Origin: Psammoneis japonica
Taxonomy: Eukaryota
Length of the DNA stretch: 64,000 nt
Direction: 5' to 3'
Assembly (NCBI GenBank): GCA_008632985.1
Contig: QPGO01000041.1
Location: 248,001 to 312,000, forward strand
In this document: one piece after another, positions 62,342 through 64,000 of the stretch
How the letters are laid out: each line of letters opens with the position of its first letter
How positions within the stretch are numbered: the stretch's first letter is position 1
The notes under the pieces: model-generated
What the model saw: only the letters and a program-made list of their open reading frames with translations
What the model was told of the DNA's origin: nothing
Databases searched by the model: none
Program-made: the position numbers and the translations under genes

Positions 62342-63013
62342 ATGACTGTGTCTTTTCTAGGTGTATACCTTACTGTGGTTCTGATTTTTATCCATCAGGT
62401 GAACTGCAACGTTCACTCCGCTCCCGTGAAGGTGCCATACCGGCTAGGAAACTTCTCATCTTCTGGATTACCGTGCGAGACATCAGCACCTCCACCTCGA
62501 CATGTAGTACCAATCAGGGAGCGGCTATCACGATTCTGGAACAGATACGCTCGTCTCTTTCGACTCGGGATCTTTTTGTACTTTTCAAGCGGTGCAATCG
62601 TTTCCATCTATTCCAATTCTTGGGAGGCTGTACGAGATCCCGATCTTGTGTTTCGTAAACGCATCCGACTCGAGGGGGAACGAGCCATTGTCAAGCAGCG
62701 CGTAACTCGTGACGAACTGCGTAGGAAACTTGTTGGTATAGGTTACACACCACGCTTGGTTTGGCTCTTGGGTGGCATCCTGCGAGGTTTCATCATGTGC
62801 ACTTCGTTGCCACTCATCTTTGATCCACCAATTGGCTTTGGTGCTGGCGCCGTCACTGCTGCACGGTTCGTACACCGAGAGTGGCTCCCCTGTTTCATGC
62901 TGGGTTGGTATGGAAGTGAGATTTACTGGAGAGTAATTTTCGGCCTTGATGGACCACCTGCGGATGAAAGATTTAATGGGGTTCCTATCACGATTTCGAA
63001 AATACGGTTTTGA
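62342..63013 (+). CDS. Hypothetical membrane protein with N-terminal signal
   Basis: 223-aa ORF in sequence of normal composition with several hydrophobic segments; no family recognised. Confidence 0.6.
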   Translation: MTVSFLGVYLTVVLIFIHQVNCNVHSAPVKVPYRLGNFSSSGLPCETSAPPPRHVVPIRERLSRFWNRYARLFRLGIFLYFSSGAIVSIYSNSWEAVRDPDLVFRKRIRLEGERAIVKQRVTRDELRRKLVGIGYTPRLVWLLGGILRGFIMCTSLPLIFDPPIGFGAGAVTAARFVHREWLPCFMLGWYGSEIYWRVIFGLDGPPADERFNGVPITISKIRF

Positions 63014-63503
63014 GAATCGTAATTTTTTCCAGAACATCTGATCTGATGAAACCAAAAGTTACATGATAGCCCTAGAGATTAGCCGCAAGACATTGGCAGG
63101 TGTGAAGCAGCTTCTCTGTAACCGACCGGGACAAACAATGCCGGCACCAACAACGCTTTGCACGCCTTTTTTCCAAGAGTAACTGCACCTTCGTGTGGTT
63201 CAAAAGCAGCAAATTTCACCAAGACCACGCGATTCGCATTGTTTCAGTTTTCACGAATGGCCAAAAGGAGGCGGGGCGAGACGAGCAATATCAATACCAT
63301 TAAAAGGGTGTGACGTTGGGATTGCCGGGTTTTCCTTGCGTAGCTCGAGGCGTGTGGACCGGGTTCCGACGAACAATTCCTCTGACTAGGAAATCTTTTT
63401 CACCGGTGAGTGTTTTCAGGAGTTGTCAACATTTGGATTCTGAAAGCCTCTGTCATGGTAGATGCTGCGTGTTTCTCGTGGCCATTGCGGCACGGCTCAT
63501 AGC

Positions 63504-64000
63504 ATGGTTTCTGTGAGCTTTCGAGATATACTACATAGGCCACAAAAGAAGCCTTACACTCGGGACTGGATGACGGCATTAGGCAAATTCAGTGGAGACT
63601 TTAAAAAGGAATCATTGACTCCAGGATCAAGATTATTCTGGATGGCTTGTTCAAGAGGAAAAGCGCCTTCCCGCTCCACGCATGGGAGACGCTTCTCCTC
63701 ATATCAAACCGGGAAAGAGGTGTAAAGTTTATGTACGAGGAGGTTCATGAATGTGAGCACCTGCTTCGAAAGGTGCCGAACTTTCTCATGCTTAACGCCA
63801 CTCGATATCAACTTTTTCCTCTGAATCGAGGTAAGCTCGAAAGCAGTTCCGAAGGTATGGTAATAACTATCAACCAGAAGTGGAAACCGCTTACAAAGGA
63901 AATGGAAGTCATATTTTCTGAGCTATGGGATGCAGAATTCGACTTGCGTAAGGAGATGGGCACTCCCCTGAGACGGTTTTATACTGTACGGCATGCACAT
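63504..64000 (+). CDS. Probable 5' part of an unknown gene running off the window, frame broken
   Basis: Normal dinucleotide composition; frame open from ~63730 to the window end (YEEVHECEHLLRKVPNF...); an upstream ORF lies in the same region. Confidence 0.3.

Overview
Eukaryotic genomic DNA, very likely a diatom: short GT-AG introns, bipartite plastid presequences, chlG, and diatom-type Ty3/Gypsy elements. About half the window is compact gene islands. These encode a TPR co-chaperone, UTP18, RPS25, a CS-domain protein, a PhyH/Tudor protein, PepD, SSADH, fibrillin, a Kelch protein, an aspartyl protease, acyl-CoA oxidase, a PAS-PAS adenylate cyclase, a raffinose synthase/SIP, an EcKL kinase, a divergent ChlG and a sterol glucosyltransferase. 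The islands alternate with five sharply bounded blocks (~30 kb in total) of decayed repeats and genes. The main observation is the mutational signature of these blocks. Besides the expected CpG loss, TpA is almost absent and appears converted to TG/CA, apparently by A->G at 5'-TAY-3' on both strands, while YTAR sites are largely spared. Paired LTRs, MITE TIRs and Tyr->Cys/His changes in Gypsy pol motifs support this. It suggests a repeat-targeted adenine hypermutation process resembling an 'inverse RIP'. A composite TRIM-like element with a tRNA-like Pol III module and an inverted Gypsy pol-LTR-gag junction is also present. All analysis was by eye, with no database searches or computed statistics.
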